64,000 nucleotides of DNA. It comes from Lingula anatina. Its lineage: Eukaryota > Animalia > Brachiopoda. The notes below the pieces were generated by a model. That model did not search any database and was not told where the DNA came from. It saw only the letters and a list, made by a program, of their open reading frames with translations. The DNA is taken from assembly GCA_051362555.1 (NCBI GenBank), contig CM120640.1, forward strand, positions 11,966,001-12,030,000. The letters are read 5' to 3'. Both the position numbers and the translations under genes were made by a program. Positions 16,001 through 27,166 of this stretch are shown here, piece after piece (the first letter of the stretch is position 1; each line of letters opens with the position of its first letter).

Positions 16001-19000
16001 ACTGGAGGGAATGTTGTCCCCAATGTGGAGAACACAGCAGGTAAAATGTGTTTCAAATGATGTATTTTAAAGAAACTTGTGTTAATTAATGCTGTGGATT
16101 TATTTGGCTTTACCTCACTTTTTCTTGGGTAATTTTTATGCATATAACCTAAATTACAATGATCTTATTTCTTGATCAACATTACTAAACTATTAAAATT
16201 GTACAGAATATTTTCAGATATATATATATATTGTATGTCTTTTTCAGCTTGTCACTCATTTTCTTTATTATTGTAGATGCTGCCAGTGCTGCAGACCTGG
16301 GATTACGTTTGGCTGCCAGTACCTTGACATCAATCCTCATCCTGGCACTGCTCCTGTTCATGATACATAGACTCAGGAAGAGACGCATGCTGGTCATGAT
16401 GAGAAGTAAGTTCAGGTTTTGAAACAAAGTTCTAAAGACATTCTCCTTAGGTGCATGATGGAACACCTAAAAAATCTATTAAAATCGCTCCCTGAGGCTT
16501 TTGTTGTTGGAAACTGCAGTGGATTAAAAGGTTTGTTCTCTGTAGCAATACTACTTATGCATGTCCATACTCATCAGTACACACACACACACTTTTTCGT
16601 ACATGTACACATATGTTTGATAGTTCACATGTCAACTAGAAATGTCTGGAATATCAAGCACCCATCTTAACAAATTTTAAAGAGCTGAAGCAGATATTAA
16701 ACATTAGGAGTTAAATGGTACTCTCACAATTTAAGCAAGTGTTTAATTGATTTTAGGACTAAACAGCCCCAGCAGTGAGCGCCATCTAGAGGATGACACT
16801 GTAGCATATGTGGCAGGCTACGATGAGGTGAATATTGGCTTAGCATTTCCACCATACGAGGAACCACCACCACCATATACACCATGGAAAGCTCCAGACA
16901 TCCTACCACCAGCATATGATACCATAGCCAATACTAATCAGCAGTTAGGTCAAGAAAATAGCAGACCATCTGCTTCAGTGACTGGGCGGCTGCCTAATGT
17001 ACCCCCTGCAGGTTACATAGCAGAACTAATCAGTAGAAATGCTGCGAGGGGTCAGGCTGCTGGAGAACATCCACACACCTCTCGGGAACTTGCATCAGAA
17101 AGTTCTACAAGAAGAGAACATGATGCTGGAAACAGCAGTACCTTGCCATTACCTTGTAACTGTGCAAGTGCTACTGAAACTCCACAGTCCAATACAAATG
17201 CAAGCACTGAGTCAAATCCTGAATGTTCTCAGGTGATAAGAGATAGAGGGCCAGTAGTGATACCGAATGTCAGAGTAGAGAGGGTGCAGGTGCAAAACAA
17301 TGCTGCCTCAGAGCCAACCATGTCTCCACGCTCTGTGGCTGAACCTATGGTGATCCAGTCCTCTAGTGCTGCTGATGATTATGTTCCAAAGGGAACAAGA
17401 AGCTCCATGGTTAGGCAAAATGATAACTTGCAAATAAGAAGAAATTCTGACAGCCCAAGAAGTTCTTATATTAGTGAAAATGGAGAAGGAAACAATGAGC
17501 CTGTTGCTTCTAAGAACAATACAAAAATGATTAGACCTGAGAGTACTCTATCAAGAACTTCGTGTAATTCTGGGGATTCCACTGAAAAGAAATGTGGACC
17601 ACAGAGAGCTTTCATAGAACAACGAGAGGATGAGATCATTGTGTGGCGTGACAGGGACAGCCCCAGGGTATCCCTCATATTGCGGGAAAGTGACCCTGAG
17701 GGGGCTGTAGGGGGCTACTGCCATGACAATCCAGTCATGAAGGCAGTCTCACCTAAACAATTTGTGAAGAGTTTCTCCTGTGACCATGAGCAGGAGCTTC
17801 CTCGTGCATCTGCCTTCCAAGTTGTGGAATCTGAACCACCATCTGGTACACAGGCTAGAAGGAGTCTTCCTCCTAATTCATTGGACTTCATCTTCAGACC
17901 TATTGATCCTGATAGAAATACTGGGACCAACCTTAAAGAACCTTCACCAACAGCAGGATCAGACAGGTTGGGATTGATTAACCCAAGAGCTGTGCCCCTT
18001 GCCATAGCTCCTACTTCAGAGGGAGGCAGCCAGAAAAGCCCACTGCATGCTGTTTTCACTCCCAATGGACCAAATACAAGGAAATGTGTGGGGCGATCAC
18101 ATTCCATAACTTCACAGATGTCTATTGCATCTGTATGTTCAGAGACTGGAGAGATGCGGGAACGCCGTCAACAGGGGGCAGCAGCTACTGCAATGACAGC
18201 TTTGCAGACCGATGCCTCTTATCCTGCCATTGCCAATGAGAGTAGGGGAGATGCTTTCAGAGTGCAACCTGACTCTAGTAGACATATACCAGCTGTGCAA
18301 AGTGACTCACAACTTTTACATAATAAAGCAAATTTTTGTAACCAGGACAATGTTGACCACACTCACGGGGACAGTCCAGTTGGAATAGTGGGTGAGGAAC
18401 GCAGGGACAATCAGCACAATGGGGCAAGGGTGAAGCAAAACCATGATGCCACAACAGCAGTTGGCAAGTCCAAGAAGAAATCAAGAAACAGAGCTCGAAG
18501 AAAGTCTTCAGCAGGGACAAAAGACATTGTTGGCAATCATAATGGTGCTGCTGCAGAAAGTCCTGCAGCAGGTGACAAATCTGTCAATAATGGCAACCCA
18601 TTGGTTAAAATGTACATGAAAAGTCTGAAGGACCCCAATCCCAAATTCAAGCAGTATGGTTTTATTGACAGCCCAGATGTTCTGTCCACACGGGAAACTG
18701 TGCAGTCTTTGGACACAGACACTCCTGATCAACAAAGATCAAGATCTGTAGAAAGGAGGAGGGCAAACTCGGGTGACAGGGCAAGGTCACAGAGCAGGTC
18801 ACGAGACCATTCCACGGGGAGGAAATCTCTTAGTCCAGGATGCCAAAAGAAAAGACATTCAACACGGTTGTCCGGGAACTTCAACTACCAGAGTTTACCA
18901 ACTCATGGTTCTCCAGAACATCAACCATTTACTGCAGATCAGACCACAGAGCACAGTCGACGCCAAAGGAGGATACAAGAAACTCCAGTTTTGACACTAC

Positions 19001-19194
19001 AGAGGTCTAATTCTGAGACCTCTCTCCATGGCACACATATGGACCGCCCTAGTGTCACAGAGGGCCCGAGTCCCAGAGGCAGTGCTGTTAATACAGAGCC
19101 AAGGGGAAAGGGAGACAGAGGGAGGAGAGGGAGGACAATATCTCAGAATCGTAGAAGTTTACCTTCTGTGCCCCCACACAAGAGTTATGTGTAA
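7087..19194 (+). CDS. DGCR2: DGCR2/IDD-like type I membrane protein (signal peptide, vWC domain, TM helix, very long disordered cytoplasmic tail), about 997 aa
   Basis: Exons 7087-7240 (signal peptide; alternative ATG 7159), 15768-16040 (CYDWQGYKVEEGSQYIPKGDDPCMVCVC...KCCEYVC), 16277-16405 (LGLRLAASTLTSILILALLLFMIHRLRKRR), 16757-19194; all phase-1 junctions, 2994 nt total. The vWC and TM segments resemble DGCR2; PPxY motifs and C-terminal KSYV. Confidence 0.82.
7597..7610. promoter_or_regulatory. Overlapping double E2F site TTTTCGCGCCAAAA
   Basis: Contains the classical TTTCGCGCCAAA E2F element; about 1.1 kb upstream of the DONSON ATG in a CpG-rich patch. Confidence 0.6.
7732..7755. repeat. 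Perfect 24-bp palindrome AAACCTCCGCTTAAGCGGAGGTTT
   Basis: The two 12-bp halves are exact reverse complements. Confidence 0.95.
7795..7813. promoter_or_regulatory. ETS site (ACTTCCGG) adjacent to TCTCGCGAGA (BANP/ZBTB33-type) motif: probable internal promoter
   Basis: Exact consensus motifs at 7795-7802 and 7804-7813 in a CpG-rich region, followed by an exon-like segment with a GTGAGT donor at 8095. Confidence 0.65.
7850..10950 (+). ncRNA. Putative nested spliced lncRNA / micro-ORF transcript in DGCR2-like intron 1 (ends approximate)
   Basis: Donor GTGAGT at 8095; strong acceptor at 8970 and donor GTAAGC at 9101; acceptor at 9801; AATAAA near 10862 and 10935; no long ORF. Confidence 0.4.
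9213..9785 (+). mobile_element. 5'-truncated, decayed CR1/L2-group LINE (post-RT C-terminus and (TTA)n tail)
   Basis: Translation NARLYFLRQLKRAKLYQSIVHSILEYACPVWHPGLT...*...ALKIIFPDLYYDETL...KTDRF*CSFIPYALLNFQ* with in-frame stops; (TTA)n run near 9765-9785. Confidence 0.85.
11780..11925. mobile_element. Terminal fragment of a non-autonomous DNA transposon
   Basis: GC-rich patch ending in poly-C plus AATCCTGGATCCGCCCATG, an end motif typical of common invertebrate MITEs; partner TIR not found. Confidence 0.5.
11952..12530 (-). ncRNA. Putative antisense spliced transcript (exons 12449-~12530 and 11952-11999; further exons not identified)
   Basis: Minus-strand CAG|GTAAGC donor at 12448, TTTCAG acceptor at 12000, CAG|GTATGT donor at 11951; starts in a CpG-rich patch; 37-aa micro-ORF from ATG 12523. 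Confidence 0.45.
12113..12292 (-). ncRNA. Candidate structured intronic RNA (about 180 nt), family unassigned
   Basis: Nested helices on the minus strand: GUACU..AGUUAUA/UGUAACU..AGUAC, GAGAU/AUCUC, CCCCUG/CAGGGG, GGUGU/ACACC, UAGU.CUGU.AAG/CUUACAGACUA, closing two apical hairpins; G-U pairs favour the minus strand. Confidence 0.45.
12578..12608 (+). other. Putative alternative first coding exon of the DGCR2-like gene (MADARGSKVD, phase 1)
   Basis: AAGATGGCT start context, donor GTGAAT at 12609, 31 nt in frame with the exon at 15768; lies in a CpG-rich patch. Confidence 0.45.
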
Positions 19195-21325
19195 TATCAT
19201 TACTTTGTTTTGCATTAATTTGATACAGTGTGTTGAATGTAAAATGACCAATATCTTGCAAATTTTGACCAATTGCTGTAAATATTACATATGTGTAAAG
19301 ACATACTCAATTGTGCATTATTTTGATCATTTTTTTCAAATGTTTTTGTATGACTATTTACTTTATTTACACACTTCCTCAATGTAAAAATTAAGTTCAA
19401 TTTTTTTAAATGATTCACAAAAGACATCAAAGCACTGCCAATTCCTTTATTGTGTCATTTTGTCCCTTTGGGAGAACTTGGACACACATTGTGAGCAATG
19501 TATGATAGAAGGGATTTGTTTAGGATTTTAAAAACATCCCAGAAATGAGTTTAGGTTTAAGTTCAACATGCATGATCATGTCAAATATTTATTACTTGTG
19601 GTTATTATAATTAGTTCTAATTGTATGAGTTTTTTATGGCAGACCATTTCTGAAAAGATCTGGCTGTTATAGAGGCTTTTCAAGATATCTTTTGCACGTG
19701 GGACTTAATTAAAGTGATCCAATTTTCTCCTCAGAAATAACTTTAAGAATATTAATTTATAGATTCTGTAAATTTTAAAACCTGGACAGATTGACTGTTT
19801 TACATTAGACTGAAGGAAACAAAGACATTTGGTATAGATATTCACATACATATTACTGTTTTGAACTTTTATTTGGAAAGTTAAATTTTCTCATTTTCAT
19901 GTTCAGTAAAATCAAGGGTTTTAAATTAATTTTTTTGGTGTTGACAAAGTGTAGGAGAGATGAAATAAGGATCATTGTTTTAATTTCAGGAGCATACCCC
20001 CTTGAAAGATTGTTTGGAAGATGTACTGGAACTACTGTCAGAGGGGCTATCTCTCCCCAAATTGGTATTTGTTTTAAATTGAAAGCTTTTTGTCTGATAG
20101 TAGGTAGGGATATTGGTCATGACCACTTTAAGTCAAAAACTGCAGGACCATATGCATTTATATTATTATTGATGTTGTAGAGATTTCAAACCTGTATTTA
20201 AATATACTATTTAGACATAGAGCACTTTAATTTTTTGAAGAGTTAAATTGACTTTAAAAATAATTTGCCAGCTTGGGCCCCACAGCAATTTGAACTACCA
20301 ACATAGTTTAGATTATTCCCCTAGGGTAAAAATGACCACAATATCATGTCCAATTGTTTCAAGTCAAGTTTCTTACTTGTGACAGTTCCAGTTGAAGTTA
20401 TCAGTAAACTAGTATAGGACTTTGCCAAGTATTTTTTGTAGTAATTGTTTAGAAAATTGTTTTTGCACACAGATGCCTGTATGCCAATGGTCACACATAA
20501 TACTGATGTTTATTTATAAAGCGGCAGTCATTTTTGTTTTTTTATATCATGAAGAAACTCAAAAGTTTTTTTCCATATGGAAACAACTTGATTCCATATC
20601 TGGTTTATTCAATCTCACAAACTCCACTGTCTCTATTTTTTCGGAACATTCAGCTGCACAAATGATGGAGTTGCAGGTTTTATTAGGCACTTGCAAAGTT
20701 ATTCTTAACATTTATGGAATGTCTACTTCAGTGAAGTACTGGAAATATATTAATGGAAATTGACTGCAAGTTGCATCCCTTATTATATACGTACACAAAA
20801 TACATCTAAACAAAATGCTATTAATACATCAAAACAATTTTCTATTGCCATTAAATGTAACAGTGAGTGAATCACTTGCTATATCACAGCCAGGGTAAGA
20901 GATTAACAATAAGTGTATACATGACTGAAATCTGGATTATTATATAATTAAATTTTTAAAAAACAATAACAAGTAAATATACAAATGGATGTAATAAAAT
21001 TTATAATAAGGCTCAAAAATTCTCAATTCTAATTAAAGAGGACGGCTTTCCAAAGATTATGCTCTTTTTATAATATGCTCAATATTAAGGGAATTTCAAG
21101 AGCTTAAAACAATTTCATAGTCTGAAACATCTGCTGGAAGATCAAACCTCTTCCTCCTTTCAAGAAAGGAAAATAGAATTAAATCAATTAGAAATTGTCC
21201 ACAAAATTCACTTATACCTACAGCAGCTACAAAAATAAATGTGGATTTATGTCTGATTTACCACAATAAATATAAATATATTAAATATGCTATTATATAT
21301 GTAGCACATAAAGCAAAAATTTGTT

Positions 21326-24300
21326 TTACATTTTCTTCACTGTGAACTTTTTCTGTGCAAAGAACCTCATAAGGAAACTCCCTGTATCATTTTTATTGAA
21401 AGTGGACGGAATTACAATATAGTGACCTGGTTCTAACTGAAAACGTCCACTGACTTCACGATAATTGATGTAAACACCAGATTTGCCTGTATCATAGTTG
21501 TAACGGAAGTGTTTTTCTGGCAATCTGTTTTCTGGATCTTCTGTCTGAAGTGAAAAAAATGCAGCATTTGCAGCACTTTTTGAGGTTCATAAAAGTCTAA
21601 ACACATTGTAACTTTATCATTAAAGGCACACAATGTGCATAAGACCCTTTAAAGGGATAATAACTCTTCGTTTTGGCCAAAAAATGAATTTTCCTGGAGT
21701 AAACAACAATTTTCCCATACTTACCAATGGTTAATGAATCCATTTTTACATTCAAAGTTAGTCCCTGTTTTTTTTTCTAAAAAGTTTTTTTTTTTTTTTT
21801 TTTTTTTTGGTTATAATCTCTTAAGAGATTATAACAGAGTATAGCCATTAATGGAGGTCAAGTGGTCTAAAGACAAGCTCAGATATCAGAATAATAGCTA
21901 TAACTGCCGTTTTTGTGGTACAACAGAATATATTATATTTCTATGAGTTGTTCACAATGTTTTTATTGTGAAATATAGATCTCATATGAAGAGTTATTAT
22001 CCCTTTAATATAGCAACAAAATGATTTTTCCAGGAACTTTCAGCACTTTCCCTTCATCAGCTGTAAACCAACCCTTTCCAAGACTAGAAAAAATTAAGAT
22101 CCACACACCTGTTCATAAGCTTGTGATTTCTATTTTTAAGATAGTGGCTCAAAAATAAATCTTTAACTCCAACATAAGTATGAGAGAATTTCTAAAATTG
22201 TGGTTGCCATGCATTAAGTCTTGTAAGTATTGCAAAATACCAAAATGGCTACTTGAACCTAACAATGGCTTATGTCCAAAGAAGAGCAATCACAACAAAG
22301 AGCTTACATGTATGGCAACTTCAAACCAACTGCTTACCTTATAGATCACAAATCCAATCTGTAACATTTTGACTCCCAAATGTCGCTGAGATCTGCGATG
22401 CTCTTGCATCAGAGCAATCACAACACTACACTTTCCTTCATCATCTAGATCATCTATACTACTATCAAAATCATCTAAAATAGAATGGATAGTATATTCA
22501 TAACTGAGTAATACCTGTAAAAAGCATGAAATTTGATTATTAAAGCAATGGCCAATAGATCATCTAAAATATGTTTTGCTATCACTATCACCAGGTGATT
22601 TATTCATTTATGGATAATGGAAAGTTATCATAAAAAGTGCAAAAAAATCTGACACGATGTGAGGCACTTTAAAGCACTGTGTCAGTCTTTTATCCCCAGG
22701 AACTGCATCTGTAATTTTTTGTTCCGAAAGAGGGAAGAGTCCCACACCAACATATTTCAATTTTTGCTTAAGTTTTCTCATTTTCTCATTCATTAACGGC
22801 AAACACTGAACATTTCTAAATCTTAATGTATACCTGGCTCGGTTAATGTTAAAAGGTATTGTGGGTTTGTGGCAAAGCTGGCTAAATCATTTCTACATCC
22901 TCCCGCTGAAATATCTTTTTTCCACTCTCCCTTCACTTTCTCAATGTGACCTAAAAAAGAATATTGCAACTTCCAGAAAAATAAAATGTTGGTCTGGTTT
23001 CCATAATAAATGCACTAAGTGTATGTAAATTTGTAAAGCATTTGTCTTTCAAAAGCATCAAAACCCATTAGACTTATACTGATAATAGATGGAAATGTTA
23101 GCAAATTTCTCTTTATCAAATGGGGATACCCTATCAAAAACCACTGAGGGAATTTCAATATATAACCCTGTCAAGATCTAACTTTTACAACCATGAGTGA
23201 AATTCACCATTCTCTATCAATATTGAGAGTGACTCCAAAATCATGAAACCTTAAAGTCAAAAAGGGCATATGGATCATAATTGAGTGAAGCAATTTGGAT
23301 ATGGTAAACCTTGTTCAGGAAAAATGTTGCATTTTTCATAAAATTTTGGTATATAAAATTTAAGCTCTTTGTATGCTTTTAAAATTTACTATCTCTTATC
23401 ATTGTTTAAAAATGATTTTCATTTTAACAAAGAATTTTAGAAACCCATAAAATGTCCATTAGGGCAAAAGAGACATTTAGCTATACCTGCTTGATCTGTG
23501 ACCCCATCTCCATCAAAATCTGGACCAAGGGTACAAATTGTAACTTCTGAAAATTCTGAGCAGAAATCTTCATAGCGCATCCAAAACTCTCCATCCCCTT
23601 TTGATATATGGTGAAGCTTTTCTCTAGTTTTTTCATCAAGCCACTGCCAGTTTTCATCGCTTAAAGAAACAACAAGAAATGAGCATGCACAAATAGTTGT
23701 AACTCATGAAATTAATTGCATAATAATTTGCATTAAATAAGGCCGTGTTTGAAAATTACATTTATTTAACACCAAAAAAATCACAAAGACATACTCATCA
23801 CTCCAAGCTCCTCTCCACTCAGTCTCATTTCCCCATGGATTCCTGATTCTAAGAAGCCTCTCAATAATTTCCACAGCACCAGGACGTTTTACTGTCACCT
23901 ACATAAATTTTAAACAGTGAAAAAGTAAAAAATAATTACACCAAATGATGTAAAATTTCAACTCACTTATTTGAACTATAAAGCACCACTATTTCAGTGT
24001 CATATCTGTTGGGATGAAAACTACCAAAACAGGGTTCAGTGGTATAAAGTGCCATAAAGTTCTGAAGAGCATCTACACTTTGTCCTGCTACTGTTCTGTT
24101 CCCACTATTCATTCTCTAGCACTGACAAATAAAGACAGCATAGGAAGAGATAAATACAGATGTTGTACATTACTTGTCACATAAATGTTAATCATTACAA
24201 TAAAACCAAAAACCTATATAATATTTAGTACTTACAGTTGCTAAATCAGTGATAGAGTAGGCATGACCACTAACTAAACCATTTGGATCTGCTTCAATTG

Positions 24301-26688
24301 ACATGGTCCAATCTCCCTGAAAGAAAAATGTGATCATATTAAAATGAAGCTACAGCTCAAATGCTGATTAATTCATAGTTTGACACATCTCCAATATATT
24401 TTTAATGTGTTTTCCTTTACATTTCTAAATCTGTGTACTTTTACCATCTGCTTTTCTTATGTAGGCTTTTTATTTTCATTAATTCATAATAAAAAAAAAC
24501 TGTGCTCATAAAATTATTGAGAAGTTTCCTGACATAAATATTTGACAATTAGTGTGACTGTGTTCCCACCTTTCTGGAACAAGCAATGAATGCTCCTGCC
24601 TGATGAGCCCTGTGGAAATGTTTAAACTTATTGACATCCACTTCCTTCAATTCACACCTCTCTGCCAGCCCACCAGTGAGATCAACAAGTGCATCCATGG
24701 TCTGCCCACCTTCTATGGCTTCATAAGATCCATGTAGTCTGGAACATAAGAATTCCATCAATTTTTAATTTGTTTTCCAAATATTGTGATCTTTTTTATG
24801 AAAGTACATGTATGCTTTGCTTTTTTTTCCTGCAAGCAATTACAAGCAGTTTTCCTCCATATAAATTATTAGTTGTGTTTTAAAATATATTTTTTAAAAT
24901 TTTGAATAAAACACAAACATGTCTTTGAGGACCAGAATCCAACTGCTCTATATCATATTTTTCCAAAGAACAGTGAAAAGCCCTGCATAAATTAAAATAA
25001 ATATCAACTCACTTAGCATATGCTTTTTCAATGAGTGGTGGCCAGAACTCTGTAGGATCCTCAGACTTGGCATAAAATAACTTCCCATCCTTTGTTGGCA
25101 GGAGATCATCTATATACACATCAACCCATTCCCCAAATCTCCACATACAAAAATGAACTATTCCCTTATAACCATTTCCACACAACACCTGGTTCTTTCC
25201 AATTATCTGAAATTATAACAAATGGCAAATTACCAATTAAAAATGTATTTCTTTAACCTTGTCTTAAAAGATGATGAAAATTTTATAAACCCTTGTAACA
25301 ATCTTAATCTATTATCTGGAAAAATGAAATATACAAACACATACTTATTTTTATATTATATATTTATTCTGTATACAGTATAAGCATATTGTTGTGACAT
25401 CCGAACCTTTTATTTCTTTACATCTCCATCTATCTGTCAAACACGAGAGTTTGTTAAACCACAAAACAAGACAGATTTATTTTCAATCAACTTGTAAGCC
25501 TGCTTTCTTCATTCATGAGATGAGTACCTTGTTCATGAATCTCTCCTGCACAGAGACAGCAGCACAAGAAGAAAGGAACCAACAATCTCCAAGGATCCCC
25601 TGTTTTATGTCATCACGAGTCACACCATCAACTGTCAGATGTGGTATCTGACCTTCTTTAACTATGTCCTAAAAAAAATTAATAAATTGGTACAAATCGT
25701 TTATAAAGGGATTGTCTGCCATATTTGAAAACTCCAAGAATGATCTACAAGCACATAGCCCTTCTTGAGTTTTCAAATATTGAAGGGAGTCATTTGCCAA
25801 AAGATTTTTCAAAGCCATAGCCTGAATGATAGAGTCAAACTTTAATGACAGAGTCAAACATAATGCACATAAAAACAATACTATTATTACCCAGACAATC
25901 AATACATTTCTCTCTATTACTTTTTCAGACAACCCCAGAGAACAAGATAATTAAGATAGCTTGTTTACAGATCAAACTTAACACTACTTAGAAATGGAAA
26001 GAGGACGATGCATGGTCATGACGCCCCAGGGAAAAAATTCATTTGTTGAACTATGATGCATATTTTGCTTTTATGTCACCCTATTTTGTTGGGATTGGCA
26101 GTTTCTTTTGTTTAATTGCAACTGCATTCATTTTTCAAGTGTATTGTCAAACTACCTTTGGTCTGAGCCAAACTACATCCTCTTCAACTCTGCCGCTGTA
26201 AAATAATGCCTTCTGATCTGCCTTGAACTCCTCATCCACAAACAGTTCATTCTCTCCAAATCTTGCTAACATTTCTTCAATTTTACTATCCTACAAAAAA
26301 CATGCGGAAAATTAATTTTGTGAAAATGCTGACTTGTCTTAGATATATATCCAGTATGTATATCATGTTACTTTTTATTTTTGCAAGACAGAAGACAATA
26401 ATTTAGACTTATAATTCAAGTAAGCAACTTCAGAGGCCATACCTCAGTGACACCTAACAAATGTGTGGCATGGATGTCAGGAATTTCAACTGGTTCGGGA
26501 AACGACGATTCTTCGCCAGTTTTATCCTTCTCTTTCTCCTCTTCGCAGATGTCAATTGGTTTGCCAATTGTTCCATTTTCAACATTTTTCAAAGGCTGGG
26601 TCGGGCTGCTCTGTTTCCTTGTTTCATTTTGAAGTGGTTTTTCGTGGTTCACTTTTGTGTCTGCGTTTTTACTGCCTTCGCAGCCCAT
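21326..26688 (-). CDS. Atypical calpain (CysPc + C2-like domain III, no PEF domain), 11 exons, about 571 aa
   Basis: Exons 26443-26688, 26156-26290, 25528-25668, 25013-25206, 24570-24738, 24236-24316, 23795-23898, 23487-23659, 22834-22950, 22338-22474, 21326-21544 (1716 nt). Intact triad [10 protein letters not shown] / GHAYS / RNPWG; SAGGCRN and IVIPSTF domain III motifs; N-terminal MGCEGSK. Confidence 0.93.
21653..22004. mobile_element. TTAA-targeting MITE (352 bp), Kolobok-like, in the last calpain intron
   Basis: Perfect 17-bp TIRs AGGGATAATAACTCTTC / GAAGAGTTATTATCCCT; TTAA at 21649-21652 and 22005-22008. Confidence 0.88.
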
Positions 26689-27166
26689 TTTGCCAAGAGA
26701 AATGTATTAATTGTCTGGCTAATAATAAGAATATCACGAGGTGTAAATTTGTCAAATCCCGCCCATTCTGATGATAAATGTCAGTGTAAAACGTGTTTTT
26801 CAGTTGTCTGTCAGTGACCACTGGTTTTCTGTTTACTGTCTCCTGGGCGCCATCTGCATTAAAAAAATGCTGATAAAAGAATAGATGGCGATACTATTTG
26901 TGATACAAGGCAATCCCCTAAGAAGTCTAGATTTATTTTATTTATTGATCTCAATTGTCTTTATTATTTGCTTGAATGTATTCTGTTCTGTTTTTTACAG
27001 TTTATTCACCTCATTTTGATAATAATTTTTGTTCTACTATTGGTACCAGGACACTTTCTGCCGGAATACTTCGTGGGAACAATGGTGCGTCTTGAACGTA
27101 GTTGAACATGACCTCAGTAGACCTTATCAGAAATTGCGTAGACTACCAGTGAAAGTGAGCAACATC
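26689..27166. promoter_or_regulatory. Compact bidirectional promoter/5'UTRs between the calpain and TLCD genes
   Basis: Divergent ATGs less than 500 bp apart; CpG-containing; opposed YY1-like CGCCATCT (~26848) and AGATGGCG (~26883). Confidence 0.55.

Noticed and set aside
17039-19387. Several short ORFs overlapping the large DGCR2-like exon on both strands
   Set aside because: Expected shadows of a long GC-richer coding exon; no motifs or splice support.
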